NCBI GenBank assembly: GCA_025558095.1
Contig: JAIVFI010000012.1
Location: 722,497 to 786,496, forward strand
From: Hyaloraphidium curvatum SAG 235-1
Lineage: Eukaryota > Fungi > Monoblepharomycota
DNA: 64,000 nt
Reading direction: 5' to 3'
This document shows, piece after piece, positions 21,196 to 32,702 of this stretch. The notes below the pieces were generated by a model. The model made no database searches. It was not told the origin of the DNA and saw nothing but the letters and a program-made list of their open reading frames with translations. Position 1 is the first letter of the stretch. Each line of letters opens with the position of its first letter. A program made the position numbers and the translations under genes.

Positions 21196-23751
21196 CTAAG
21201 GGGTGTTCACGTCGACGCATGGGCCGCCGTTGACCATGATCGTCCACATGGTTATTGAGGCCTTGACGATGGTGCAGACCGGAAGGCAGAAGCAGCTTCC
21301 GTCCGGATGCCAGTTGGCGTACGCGTACCCACCGGATGCGCAAGAAGCACCACATGCGTCAATCGGGCCGAAAGGCATCTGGACGGGCCAATCGCCGGGC
21401 CCGGGTGGAAAAACGGGGTTGACGTCATCGCAGAAGCGGTTCGCGCAGGTGGTCCTGGTGGCGGTCTGATGATCCGAGGCAGGGTCAGGCCCGCTGAATG
21501 GCGACAGACGCCGCCCGCTCACCTCGCAGTTGGTTCCCGTGAAACTCGACGGACACACGCACGAGTAGCTTCCGCCGCCGAGATCGACGCAGGTACCGCC
21601 GTTCTGGCACGGATCGGAAGCGCAAGCCGAGACGGGCACAGTTGCGGCTGCGGTCGAGCTCGTAGCCGTTTCCGAGGTCGTCGCCGTCTCCGACGTGCTC
21701 GTTGCCGTCTCGGAGGCGCTGGTGGCCGTTTCGGACGTGCTTGTCGCGGTCTCCGAAGTGCTCGTCGCGGCCATCTGGGAGCGATCCGGCCCGTCAGCCC
21801 ACCTGCTCGCTGCTTGCACGATCCCTCCAGCAGACGCACCTCGCAATCGAACCCCACGAATCCGTGCGGGCACACGCAGATGTAGCCGTCTGGAAGGTTG
21901 ACGCACGTGCCCCCGTTCTGACAGGGATGCGCGGCGCACGCGGGGGCGTTGGTTGTGAGCGAGGACGACGTGCCTTGTGGCCGTCTCCGTAGTGCTCGGC
22001 GTCCAGACGGTGGTGCTCGTGGGCAGCTCAGCGGTGCTGGTGGTCGACAAGAAGATCGTGGTGCTGGATGACGTCAGGCTCCAGGTGATCACGCAGATGC
22101 AGCCGCCGCCCGGCTGCGGGACGCAGATGCCTATGCAAGCGCTGGTCGTTGTCGCAAGGGACGCCGTGCGGGTGAGGCTATGAGACTCCGTGGTCGTTGG
22201 GGTGTAGCTCAAAGTCGACGAAGTCAGGGATTCCGAGCTGGTGGAAGAGGTGGGAGTCTGGCTCAATGTCGAGGAGGTGGCCGTCTCCGACAGGGTGGAA
22301 GAAGTACAGGTCTCGCTCGAGGACGACGAGGTCAGCGTGTCGCTGGATGTCGAGGACGTGAGGCTTTCCGAAAAGGTGGAGGACGTCACGGTTGCCGATG
22401 CAGTCTTGCTGGTATCGGCCGTCAAGCTTTGGGTGATTGAGGTCGTGGCCGTCAGACTCTGCGACTCTGAAGTCGTGGCAGTCATGGAACCGCTCTTGCT
22501 GGTGGTTGCCGTGAGACTGCGAGTGTCCGATGTCGTCGCCGTCAGGCTCTGGGAAGCAGTGACCGTACGGCTCGACGTGGAAGGCGTGACGGATTCTGAG
22601 TGCGTGGAAGACGTGAGGGTCCCCGACAGAGTCGACTCCGTGGTGCGCGTCGGATGTCGAACTTGCGTCCGCGTCGTCCGCGATGTCGTGCCGTCCGAGG
22701 TCGGAGTTGCCGCTGTCGCTGATTTCGACGCTGAAGATGTTGGCCTACCGGCTGAGGTGCTGCTCGTCGCCAGCGGAATCGGGAACGGCCGCACCTGGTT
22801 GAATGGCGGCGGTGCGCCCTGGAAGTCGATTGGCAGGCTGCCCACGGGATCCGAGGAGCTTGGTTGCCCGCCGGAGCCTGGCACGACAAGACAGACAGAT
22901 CCAGGAGGCATTGAGGCTGAAGGTGGGCAGGCAAAGACGAATAGACCATTGGCACCAGTAACGCAGTTGCAGACGACCTCCATGCCTGCGGCCCGGGTCG
23001 TCGCCATGGGGCACTGCAGTTGCAGCGGCACGCCAACCTGGGGGATGTCCCCCGGTTGGTACGTCCCCGTCCCCGTGACGTCAATGAACAGCTGGCCACC
23101 GGCAACGGCCGTCAGCGTCACGATCGAGGTCGTCGTCCGCCGCACGGTTTTGGTGGCCACGACGGCCGTCCTGGTCTGAGTGCTCGTGACAGTTGACCTT
23201 TCAGGACAGCAGAAGCGGGCCGCGCGGCCCCTGACGCGGGCGACTGGAACGCCGGAGGGACAGGAGGGGCAGAGATGGCGGGCGTAGAGGCGGCGCTCGG
23301 CCTCCTCTTGCTCCAGAGCGCCGAGTGATCCGTTGGTCCACGCGGGGAGCTGCGCCGGCCGCAGCCGCGCCACGCCCGGGATTCGGCCGGTACCAACGCG
23401 ATTTCGTGCGAAAATGGTGGTTGTCCGCGTCGCCGTGGTCCACCTAGTCCGCGTCACGGTGCGGCGGGCCGTTGACGTGTGCCACGACGTGACAACTCGG
23501 CGCCGCGCGCAGCAGCAGCCCGAATCGTAGCCGCAGCCCGCACTTGGGGGAGCGAGGATTACGGAGTGAGCCCGAGAATAATGATCACACGTCGTCTGTC
23601 CTCACCAGCAGGTGTCGGCGTAGGTCCAGGGGCCCCAGTGGACGTTCACCGGAGGGGTCGCACGCTGCAGCGCGGCGAGCTGCGCGGCTACGGGAGAAGG
23701 GAAGATCGCCGCGGCGATCAGCAGCGCCGAAAAAAGGATCAGGGTGCTCAT
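21196..23751 (-). CDS. Secreted mucin-like protein with an SdrD-B/Cna-like domain, S/T stalk and two EGF-like modules
   Basis: Signal peptide MSTLILFSALLIAAAIF; GQLFIDVTGTGTYQPGD...CVTGANGLF; CASDPCQNGGTCVDLGGGSYSCVCPSSFTGTNCE. The other EGF module is out of frame by 1 nt at about 21973. Confidence 0.75.
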
Positions 23752-24256
23752 TGTCTTCGAGATTCGTTCGGTTTGAGCCTTCAGACTCCATGGGGGATCC
23801 GTCTGACTCCACAAGGGACGCCAGGGTCCAGGCCTGGGGTCGGGATGACTCGCCTCCGGGGTCCGGTGGAAATCGTCCCGCAGCAGGCGGCCGATCCTGC
23901 CAAAAACGGACTGCAGGGAAGCACGTTGATGCGCCGATCGTCAGGAGGGTTCCTATATGCCATTGGGACACGGTGACTCGACCAAGGAGTCCGGGGGGAT
24001 CCGTGCCCTGAACTCAGCCCCGACGTGACGACATGACCAAATTAACTTGCTGAGGTCAGGCCGACACGCCCGAGTCCGGGTCCATGGCGGCACACGGTCA
24101 CTGCGTCGATTTCGCAGTGAGGAGCGATTGCCCGCGGTCTACCTTGCCCGAGGCACGCCCCGACGAGCTTTCTCTGGCAAAGATACCCGCAGTGGCTTCG
24201 AACGCGTCAGAGGCGTTGAAGCCGTGGGAAGCACAGTGTCCAGTGGAACAGCCATG

Positions 24257-24954
24257 CTAGTCCTTGCCGGGGAATGCTTCCTCCCTGTCCGCGATCAGGA
24301 ACCCGAGCGCTATGACCTTGTTGCGCCCAGTTTCAGTTCATCAGTATCGCGGTGTCCAACTGCGTCCACCCACGTATCCGAACAAGATGGAACACGACGC
24401 AATGACCCTGTCCCGGGACAGGTACCAGAAGTAGTTGAACAGCGCGTCCATGCACGGGTCCCTGCCCTCGCACCCGGTGGCCTGCTCCAAGTACTCCTTC
24501 TCCCCTTCCGACAGGTTATCCCAAAGCACGAGCGTGCCGCGGGGGTCCTGAAGCCGGAAGGAGGTGAAGTGGGCGAGGGAGGCGACGAACCACGCGAAGC
24601 AGAGCGCGGCGGCGACGACAACCGTCCATGAGGCCGCGAGGGTACCGCGCCTTGCAAAAACATCGGGGCGGAGGGTCGCGGAGATGCCGAGGATGCCGGC
24701 GGATAGTCCGACGAGCCCTGTAATCATGGCGAGCGAGACTTCCGCGGGCAATGCGGTGGGTGGGCGGGGCGGGACAGATCACCGCTGACCGCGACTTCGT
24801 GCTCGCCAAACCCACTGGAGAGCACAACGGGTGTGCCGTAGTGGTCCCAGCCCGCAGAGATGGCGAAGGACGCGAGTCCAATGGGGGCAACGCCGGCGAA
24901 GGCGGACATGAAGAAGCCCTTCGTCCGCGGGGCATCGACGACCTCGCGCGCCAT
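24257..24954 (-). CDS. Four-TM tetraspanin-like protein, paralog 1 (2 introns)
   Basis: Four hydrophobic helices; loop LWDNLSEGEKEYLEQATGCEGRDPC; ends FPGKD*. Homologous to 54634 and 56014. Confidence 0.7.
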
Positions 24955-25595
24955 GGCGCGCGGCGAGGAGACCTCCCCGTCAAATAGGCTGGCTCGCAGG
25001 GGTAGAGGCCCGACAGGCGGAGCGGAGTGTGGGAAGCCGCCGCCGGGGAGCTGGCTGGCCAATGCGGCTAAACGATCCCGTGGCCCTCGCACCGCTGCAA
25101 TCCGGGTGATCGCACTATCGCTTGCGCTAGTCGGCACAAAGGCGGTGAGGCGGAGGAGTTTTGGACGCAGAAGGCAAGAATACGAACTCCAGCTTGTGGT
25201 GGCTTTCCACGTGATGTGAGCGGGTGTGTGGCATGGATACAAAGAACGCGATGGAACGCGGCCATCGGAAAGGGTGCCACCAACAGGGAAGCTTTCTTTC
25301 AAAGCTGGAGATGCTTTCCTAGCATTCAAGCTGGGCTTATCATGGCAGGTCGCCGCTGGCTCGTGGTCACGCGCCCGTGGGAGACAGTTGAACGCAAGGG
25401 ACACCCCGTTCCGATAAAGACCGCCATTCCACCATGGCAGTCATTTATGGAGACCCTGAGTTCGTGTTCACAGCTACATCGCGATTCGACCTGTTCCGTC
25501 GACCCTCCCGCAACAACTTGGGTCCGCGCTGGCGCCGGGCTGTGCCGCCGCAACAACTTCCCAACCCCCGCCAAGGCCCCGCCCACTCCCAGACG

Positions 25596-26653
25596 ATGAG
25601 GCGCGCTCTCCTGCCCCTGCTCCTCGCTATCGTCGTCCTCGGCGCTATCACGGCGACCGCGGCGCCCACGAAGAGGCAGTGCGACCAGGCCGACGACTCC
25701 TGCGAGACCGAGTCCCCGCCAACAGACCCGCCAGTGCCCCCGCCGGCCGAGGGATCGCCTCCTTCTCCACGTTCGTAGCCGTGCTTCGATCACGACAGTC
25801 AGCTTATTTCGTATTCGCGCAGCGCCCGAGGCCGCGGGCTGCACCCGTTCCGACGACCTCGACGGCACGCTTTCGGAGTGTTCGACGGGGTGCTGCATCG
25901 ACAGCGCCTGCAAACCATGGCCCGAATGCTTCGACAAAAGCACAGACATCTGCCGCGCGAACGATGACTGCGTGTCGGGCTGCTGCGTGGACAGGAAGTG
26001 CGTCGACGCGGGCGCCTGCGGCGGATCCGGGATCGCCGGGGGCCCCGTGGCGCCGCAGTGCACGAGGTCAGACTCCCTGGACGGCTCAATCAAGAGCGAG
26101 TGCCCTTCGGGTTGCTGCATCCTTCAGTCGTGCAGGGAGAGGACGGAATGCTTTGGCGATGGGGGGCCCCCGACGCCGCCCACCACCGAAGTTCCTCCGG
26201 CGGATGGCGGATCACCTCCCCCACGTGGGCCGAACAGCTTCGCATCCGGCTCCCTGCGTTGATTGCGCCTTTCACCGCAGCCTCTCCGCCTGCGACACCG
26301 GAATGCACGCGCAGCGACGACATCTTCAAGCTGGGCGTGATGGGTTCTGGGGACGAGAGGAGCGAGTGCGCCAGCGGATGCTGCATCAATGGAGCCTGTC
26401 GGCCGTTCTCGGAGTGCTTCAACCCCCCGCCCGCGCCGAGTGCGTCCGCCCATGCCGCGGATCCCGTGCATCCCTTTGACCGCCTCCTTCCGCAGACTCT
26501 GGTACCTGCCAGTTCGGCACGACCGACTCGAAGTATCCGTTCAGCGTCCCGTGCCTTTTTTCGCTCCCCTGCCGGGAGTGCTTCAGCGGCTGCTGCTCCG
26601 GTGGCTTTTGCAACGACTACGCGCTTTGTTTCGGCGGAGCCCGTGGATTCTGA
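25596..26653 (+). CDS. Secreted protein with five C-C-CC-C-C cysteine modules (3 phase-1 introns)
   Basis: Signal peptide, then KR, then repeats such as CTRSDDLDGTLSECSTGCCIDSACKPWPEC and ECASGCCINGACRPFSEC; the spliced frame ends GARGF*. Confidence 0.8.
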
Positions 26654-26780
26654 GGCGATCGGCTTTGGGCGCTGAACATTCTAGGCGAACGATCGGTAGT
26701 TGCAGCCTCGCGTGTACAACATTCGCGGTCTATGGGTTTCCGTGCTCACAAGATGGACCCCAATAACGCTCCGTCCGTCC

Positions 26781-28970
26781 TCACGCCATCTCCATGTCCA
26801 CCACCACGTCCTTTGCCTCGAGCCCCTTCTCCCCCTTCTCCTCCGCCGCCTTCTTCTTGTCCCCGGGCCTGTGCCCCTTGAGCGGCACGTGCTTCAAGAA
26901 CAGGACCACCAGCCACCCCACCGCGCACAGCGGCACGAACCCGATGAACACCCTCGAGAACCCCTGCGCGTACGCCGCGCGCACGGCAGCCTGCCCGCCG
27001 TCGATCGCGGCCTGCGTCACGTTCGCGGAGGGGGAGGTCGCGGTGCCGGCGAGGGAGTTGGTGACCACGGTGCCCATGGCCTGGGGGGTGACGCCGAACT
27101 GCGCGGCGAGGGCCGTGACGGACGAGGGGGTGATGAGGGATTGGACGGTGTTCTGGAGGATGGTGCCGCCGACGCCGATGCCCATCGTGCCCCCGATCGT
27201 GCGCAAGAACGTTCCGACCTGCGTTTGGGGCGGGATCAGGGTCGCTCCGAAGATCCCGGACGCTTGGACGCACCGTTGTGCCTGGCCCGATGTCCCGCAG
27301 CTCGCAATTTGCTTGCACCGCCAGCATCACGATGCCCAGCGAGGCGCCGAACCCAACGCCCATCATCGCCAGGAACCCGGCGATCTCGGCATACGGCGTC
27401 GTCAGGCTCAGCATGCTCAGCAGGCCGAGGGCGACGGTGGCGACCGCGAGGCCGACCTTGGGGAAGGGGGTGTAGATTCCCTTCCGGGAGGAGACGATGC
27501 CGCAGGCCATCGAGACCGGCATGAACGGGGCGATCCAAGGGAGCGCCGACAGGCCCGACTGCGATGCCGACTGCCCGTAGACGAGCTGGAAAACTTGGGG
27601 GATGTAGAATGCCGCGCCGTTCATCGACCACCTGCGAGCCCGATCGATCAGCGCCCGCCGATCCCCGGCAACCGAACCACGCACCCCATGGTGAACATCA
27701 CGAACACGCAGATGGAAAAGTTGCGGTTCCGGAAGAGCCTCAGCGGCACGTTTGGCTCCGCCGGCACCTTCCACTCGTACAGCACGAACCCGACCATCAG
27801 CGCCACCCCAATGAGCAGCGGCGCCAGGCACTTTGCGCTCGCCCACCCCGCCTCGATCGACCACGTCAGTCCGAGCAGGAACAGCGTCACGCCGACGATG
27901 CACAGCGCGGCGCCGCCATAGTCCACGCGGCGGAGCATCGCGCGTATGGACTTGTCGGGTGGCGGGGGAACCCGCAGGAAAAGGACGATGCCGGCCATGG
28001 CTAAAGCGCCGGCGGGGAGATTGATCCAGAAGATGCCGGTCCAGGACCAGTAGTCCGTCACCACGCCGCCTGGACGGGGTGGGATCAGACGCACGTTGAA
28101 ACCCTCCCCTGCGAGGGGACCCACCGAGGAAGGGGCCCAGGATGAAGCACACCCCCGTGATCACGCTCATCAGCGCCTGGTACGTGCCCCTTTCCCGCAT
28201 GGTCACCACGTCCGAGATGAGCACGAACACCAGGCTCTGGACGCCGCCGCCGCCGACGCCCTGCAGCCCTCTCCCGACGATCAGAATGACCATGGTGGGG
28301 GCAAGGGCGCACAGGACGGAGGCGAGGATGAAGAGGAGGATGTTGAGGAGGAGGAGGTTGCGGCGGCCGAAGATGTCGCTGCGCAAGGGGGGAATAGAGG
28401 ATCAGAAGGTCGTCTGGAGGGACGGAGGGCGTAAACGCACCCCAGCTTGCCCCAGAGCGGTGCGATGGCCGTCGACGTAAGGAGATACTGTGGGAGAGTT
28501 TCACATCGCATATCGGATCAGAGAGTCCTGTATGATCCGGCAGTGCGGCTTCCACCCACCGCCGTCCCGACCCAGGTCAGCAAATCCTCCCCGTGCAGCT
28601 GGTTCGCGATGGTCGGCAGCGCCGTCGACACCATCGTCGCATCCAGCGCGTACAGCGTCATCGCCAGGCTGAGGCTCATCATGCCGAGGATCTTGTTGGC
28701 CGTCGACATGGTGGCCGCAGACCCCTCGTCCTGCGGCGGCGGGGCGGCGGCGCCGTGGATCTCGGCGGCTTCCTTGGCGAGCTCCGCCGAGGCGCCGGTG
28801 GGGGAGGGGATGCCGTCGTCGTCGATTATTTCCAGAGTGGGGGAGGAGGGCGGCGTGGCGCTCTCGCCGCCGTCCGACTCGGAGGGCGCCGGCGGTGCGG
28901 CCGCGGTCGTCGCCATCTCCGCCTCGGCGTTCGCCGGGGACGCCGTCGCGGCGGGAGCCTCGGACGACAT
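26781..28970 (-). CDS. MFS drug:H+ antiporter, DHA2 (14-TM) family, multi-exon
   Basis: ALDATMVSTALPTI, SDIFGRR, GRGLQGVGGGG, IFWINLPAG and RTIGGTMG motifs. Confidence 0.92.
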
Positions 28971-29263
28971 GGGGGAGGTTGTGGGAGAAAGGGTTAGGCG
29001 CCGGGTGGTTTACGAGAGCGTCGCCTAAACCCTGGGCGGGAGCGGTGGCAAGTTGTTGCCGCTAGTTTGGAGACGCGGATGAACCGTTGGATTTGCCGGG
29101 CGGGGAACTCGGATCGATGCTCGCCATCGGATCGAGGCCAATAGAGGAATGGAAACGACAGAGAGGGATACATAGATGGATCGAGCGGCGCGGCCTTGGC
29201 CCCAGTTGGCGGAACAGCTCCACGTCAAAAAGCCACACTCCGTGATCGCCGGATCCCCTGCGA

Positions 29264-30484
29264 TCACCGGTCCTTGCCCCGCTTCGCCCTCTTCCTCCCC
29301 CTGAACGCCCCCGGCGCCCCCGTGGCGCCGCCTGCGCCCGTGGCCGTCGGCGCCCCCGTCGCACCCGTCGCGGCCGGGGAGGCGGAGATCCCCGTCGCTC
29401 CCGTGGCACCGGTGGCACCTGTGGCACCCGTTGCTCCCGTCGCGGCGGTGGAGGCGGGGGAGGTGGTGGTCGAGTCCAGGGGGCTGGGGGTGAGGGCTTC
29501 GATGCTGGGGGTGAACTCCGAAGTCGGGCGGAGGGGGGAGGCGGAGGATGCGGAGGTGGGGGGAAACGTTGGGGCGACGGTTGGCGAGAGCGTGAAGGGG
29601 GAGGGAGAGACGGAGGAGGAGGGAGAGAGGGGGAGGGTGGAGGTAGGCGGGAGGGGGGCTGGTGGTGAAGTTGGAGGAAGGAGGGATGGGAATGACGGGG
29701 AGGAAGATGGCAGCGAAGGGGATGGCAGCAGGGAAAGCGAGGTCGGCCCCGGCGTCGCAGTGGGCCCTATCGGGGTCGGGAGGGTCGAAAGAGGCGCCGT
29801 CGTGGCAGCCGACAACCCGCCTCCGGCGGCGGTCGTCGTCACCGTCTGTACCGGCGTAGGCTCATCCGTCGGCGTCCTTGTCTTTGGCGGCAGCACGGCT
29901 CCGTTCCCGCACGTCGCGGTGGAGTTGCCCCAGCACACCCCGAACCCGACCTGGCACGCGTCCTGGCACCACTCGGTCCCGTTGCCGCAGTAGCCGTGCA
30001 CGGAGCAGCAGAACCACCCCCTGCAACGCAGATCGCCGTGCTGCCGGCCGCACCGCGCTGTTTGGGTGAAGTTCAGGTCGGGGCAGGGGCGCGTTGTGAC
30101 GTTGGGGTACGACGAATAGTCCGAGTCGCTGAGCATGGGCGGCTGGCGCAGCTCGATGTCGCTGAGGCCGTCGGGATCGTATTCCTCCGACGGAGCAGAA
30201 TATTCGTCCTCCGGGAGCAGCACCGGCAAGATGCCGGCGGGCAAGCTCGCTTCCACCGCGGCGGAAATGTCCTCGGGCGACACGTCCAGCAGCGCGTAGC
30301 CGTAGTCCCGCTCCCCCGCCGCCTCCTCTCCTGCAAACAAGGACGCGGGTTCGGGCAGCTGCGCGGAAGCGCGCGACAGGAGGAGTAGCAGGGCGGTGAA
30401 GAGCGCGGGGAGAAGAGATAGGGGGCATGGCGGCCGCGCGCGTCGGGCGGCCCCGGACCGGGTTCCGCGACCCGGACGGGGCAT
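29264..30484 (-). CDS. Secreted CBM18 (hevein-type) chitin-binding protein with P/S/T stalk and (GAT)n tail
   Basis: RCGRQHGDLRCRGWFCCSVHGYCGNGTEWCQDACQVGFGVC after a hydrophobic leader ending ASAQ. Confidence 0.85.
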   Translation of the reverse strand: MPRPGRGTRSGAARRARPPCPLSLLPALFTALLLLLSRASAQLPEPASLFAGEEAAGERDYGYALLDVSPEDISAAVEASLPAGILPVLLPEDEYSAPSEEYDPDGLSDIELRQPPMLSDSDYSSYPNVTTRPCPDLNFTQTARCGRQHGDLRCRGWFCCSVHGYCGNGTEWCQDACQVGFGVCWGNSTATCGNGAVLPPKTRTPTDEPTPVQTVTTTAAGGGLSAATTAPLSTLPTPIGPTATPGPTSLSLLPSPSLPSSSPSFPSLLPPTSPPAPLPPTSTLPLSPSSSVSPSPFTLSPTVAPTFPPTSASSASPLRPTSEFTPSIEALTPSPLDSTTTSPASTAATGATGATGATGATGATGISASPAATGATGAPTATGAGGATGAPGAFRGRKRAKRGKDR

Positions 30485-31185
30485 CGAGGCCGCCGCCGGG
30501 TTGGGAAAGGAAGCGATCGCGTGCAGAGGGGCCGTTGCGCGGCGGAGGAGGCCGGTCGGCCGCGGTTTGGGGTTCGTCCGTGTCGGCGGTGTCGGCGGTC
30601 GGAGGGTCCGCGCCCAGTCACACTCGCGCTGCCCGATCGCGACGGCGGCGGTGATGGCCTACCCGCCCGAGACGAACTACAAGGAGAAGGACAGCCAGAA
30701 GGAGAAGCCTTGCTGGCAGGAAAGTATAGGTGCCTCGAAAGGAACGATGGCCTGCGCTGACAAGTGCCCCGGTCCCACCAGGTCCGCGAAGCGGCCCAGA
30801 AGGCCGAGAGAGACTGCTGGCGGGGCACTTACAAGTCATGCCGAACCGTCCTCTCCTGCTCCGACGCTCTTTACGTGCGCGGCAGGGGCGGACCATAGTG
30901 CGAGGGTTGCCGGAGCTAGGACCGGACCTGAGCGGGTGGAACTACGACACCAAGGCCGGATCGTGGATCTGAAGACTCGATATGTGGTTGACGGCGGTCT
31001 TGCGATCTGATTGGTAGTACAATGCCGACTAGACATCGGATGGAGATTGAAGTTCTTGCGGCAGGCCGGCGGACCCGTCGATGCGCCGCGGCGAACCCCT
31101 TGAACCGACCACTCCGACTCGGCCCCGGCGGGGGAGCTCCTAACCCGACAATCGGCCTCCGACGCGACGCGGACATAGCGGCGCG

Positions 31186-32401
31186 ATGCGGGGCCGCAGC
31201 CTGCTGCCGCGTAGGTTGCGCGCCGCGCGGCCCGCGGTCCCCTTTTGACGCTCCCCCAGTGGCGCTCCTATTCCTGCTCCTCATGCTCCTCGCCTCGCCC
31301 GCCTTCGGCCTGTTCAAGAAGAAGAAGACCACGAACAAGAAGACGGTGCCGAAGCCGCCCAAGATCGTCGTGACGGCCAACAAGGGCAAGATGACCGAGA
31401 AGGGCTACACGAAGGTCCCCTACCTGAACCAGGTGCGCGTGCCGCGGTGCCGTGCCGGTCCGCACTGATCGCCGGCGGTCGCCAAGGTGTGTCCCAACGG
31501 CATCACCGCCACCACCAAGAGCTACGTGGACGGGTGGTTCGCGATGCACGACTCACTTTTCAACCCCGCGCTGGCCGACTACCTCTGCAAGGACCCCCTC
31601 ATCGGCAAGAACCCCAACAAGGCCGGCTGCATCTACTACAACTTCCTCCAGGACGCCATGTCGCAGGATCAGGGCGGGGCCCCGGACAGGGTGGCGGCCC
31701 GCCCGGCCGAGACCAAAGCCCTTTACGACAAGTACCTCGCCAACGGCGCGCCGCAGAAGGTCGCCACGGCGGGCCAGGCCTGCCAGGCCGACATCGCCAA
31801 CTACCAGCAGGTGGCGCAGAACCTCGGCCGGCGCCGGCTGGCGCGGAGGGAGGACGACGACGACGACGCGGGCGGCGGCGATGACGACGGCGGCGACGCC
31901 GTGGTCGAGTTCATCATCGCCGAGCTCTTCATGCACTGCATCGTCGACGGGTACACCTACGTCGACAACACCTACATGGCCGGCTTCCGCAGCTCCTCGG
32001 GTTTCAAGAAGGTCACCACGGCCTGGAACAAGGCGTTCGCGCCGCACAAGCCCAAGTGCCCCGTGGTACCGGACTCCCTCCTCAAGGGGTACTGCGGGCG
32101 CGGGTACTGCTGGGCGGACGCCAAGGCGCTCGTGGAGCAGAAGATCCAGGCGATTCCGGGGCGGAACGAGTAGGTCTTTGCGGGTTCCTTTGCTGGCCGA
32201 CACGTCTCACGCCGTCTGCCTCCAAGCCCCCCCAAGCGCGTCAACAAGAAGTGCTCGTCGTGGACCCTGGCCACGGATCCCAACGACAACGCGGACGGGG
32301 CGTGCGGCGGAGGGGGTGGGGACGACGAGGAGGACTCCTCGCTGGACGACGGGAACGGCGATGGCGGCGACGGCGGCGACGGCGGCGACGGCACGGAGTG
32401 A
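31186..32401 (+). CDS. Secreted Cys-containing protein of unknown function (3 introns)
   Basis: Spliced leader MRGRSLLPLALLFLLLMLLASPAFG, Lys-rich N-terminus, internal RRRLARR followed by an acidic patch, D/G-rich C-terminus; strong GC3 codon bias. Confidence 0.7.
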
Positions 32402-32702
32402 TGTCATTCCGGATGCTCGGGCGGCGGAGTGGGGGGGGGAATGGAAGAGCTATCGGGGCGCATGCTTGTTCCTATGAATCACAATCCGTCTTTCACGTTC
32501 TTCTCGAACGAGAGACGTTGAGCCTTTCGGATGGCGAACTAGAGCCAAGAACGTCTGTTGCAAGCGACGCCGGGACGCGCGAAGCGGGCTGAATGACCGT
32601 CCGTCTGAATTCCCGGCATGTCCCCATATCCGTCCCGTGGCTCCGGGTCGCGGTGACGATCCCCGTCCTCCCTTCCCTCCGACCGCGCGCAAACGTGCCC
32701 CG

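Noticed and set aside
30654-30720. Short coding-like stretch MAYPPETNYKEKDSQKEKPCWQ
   Set aside because: No valid splice donor or recognisable continuation; possibly a relic, but unsupported.
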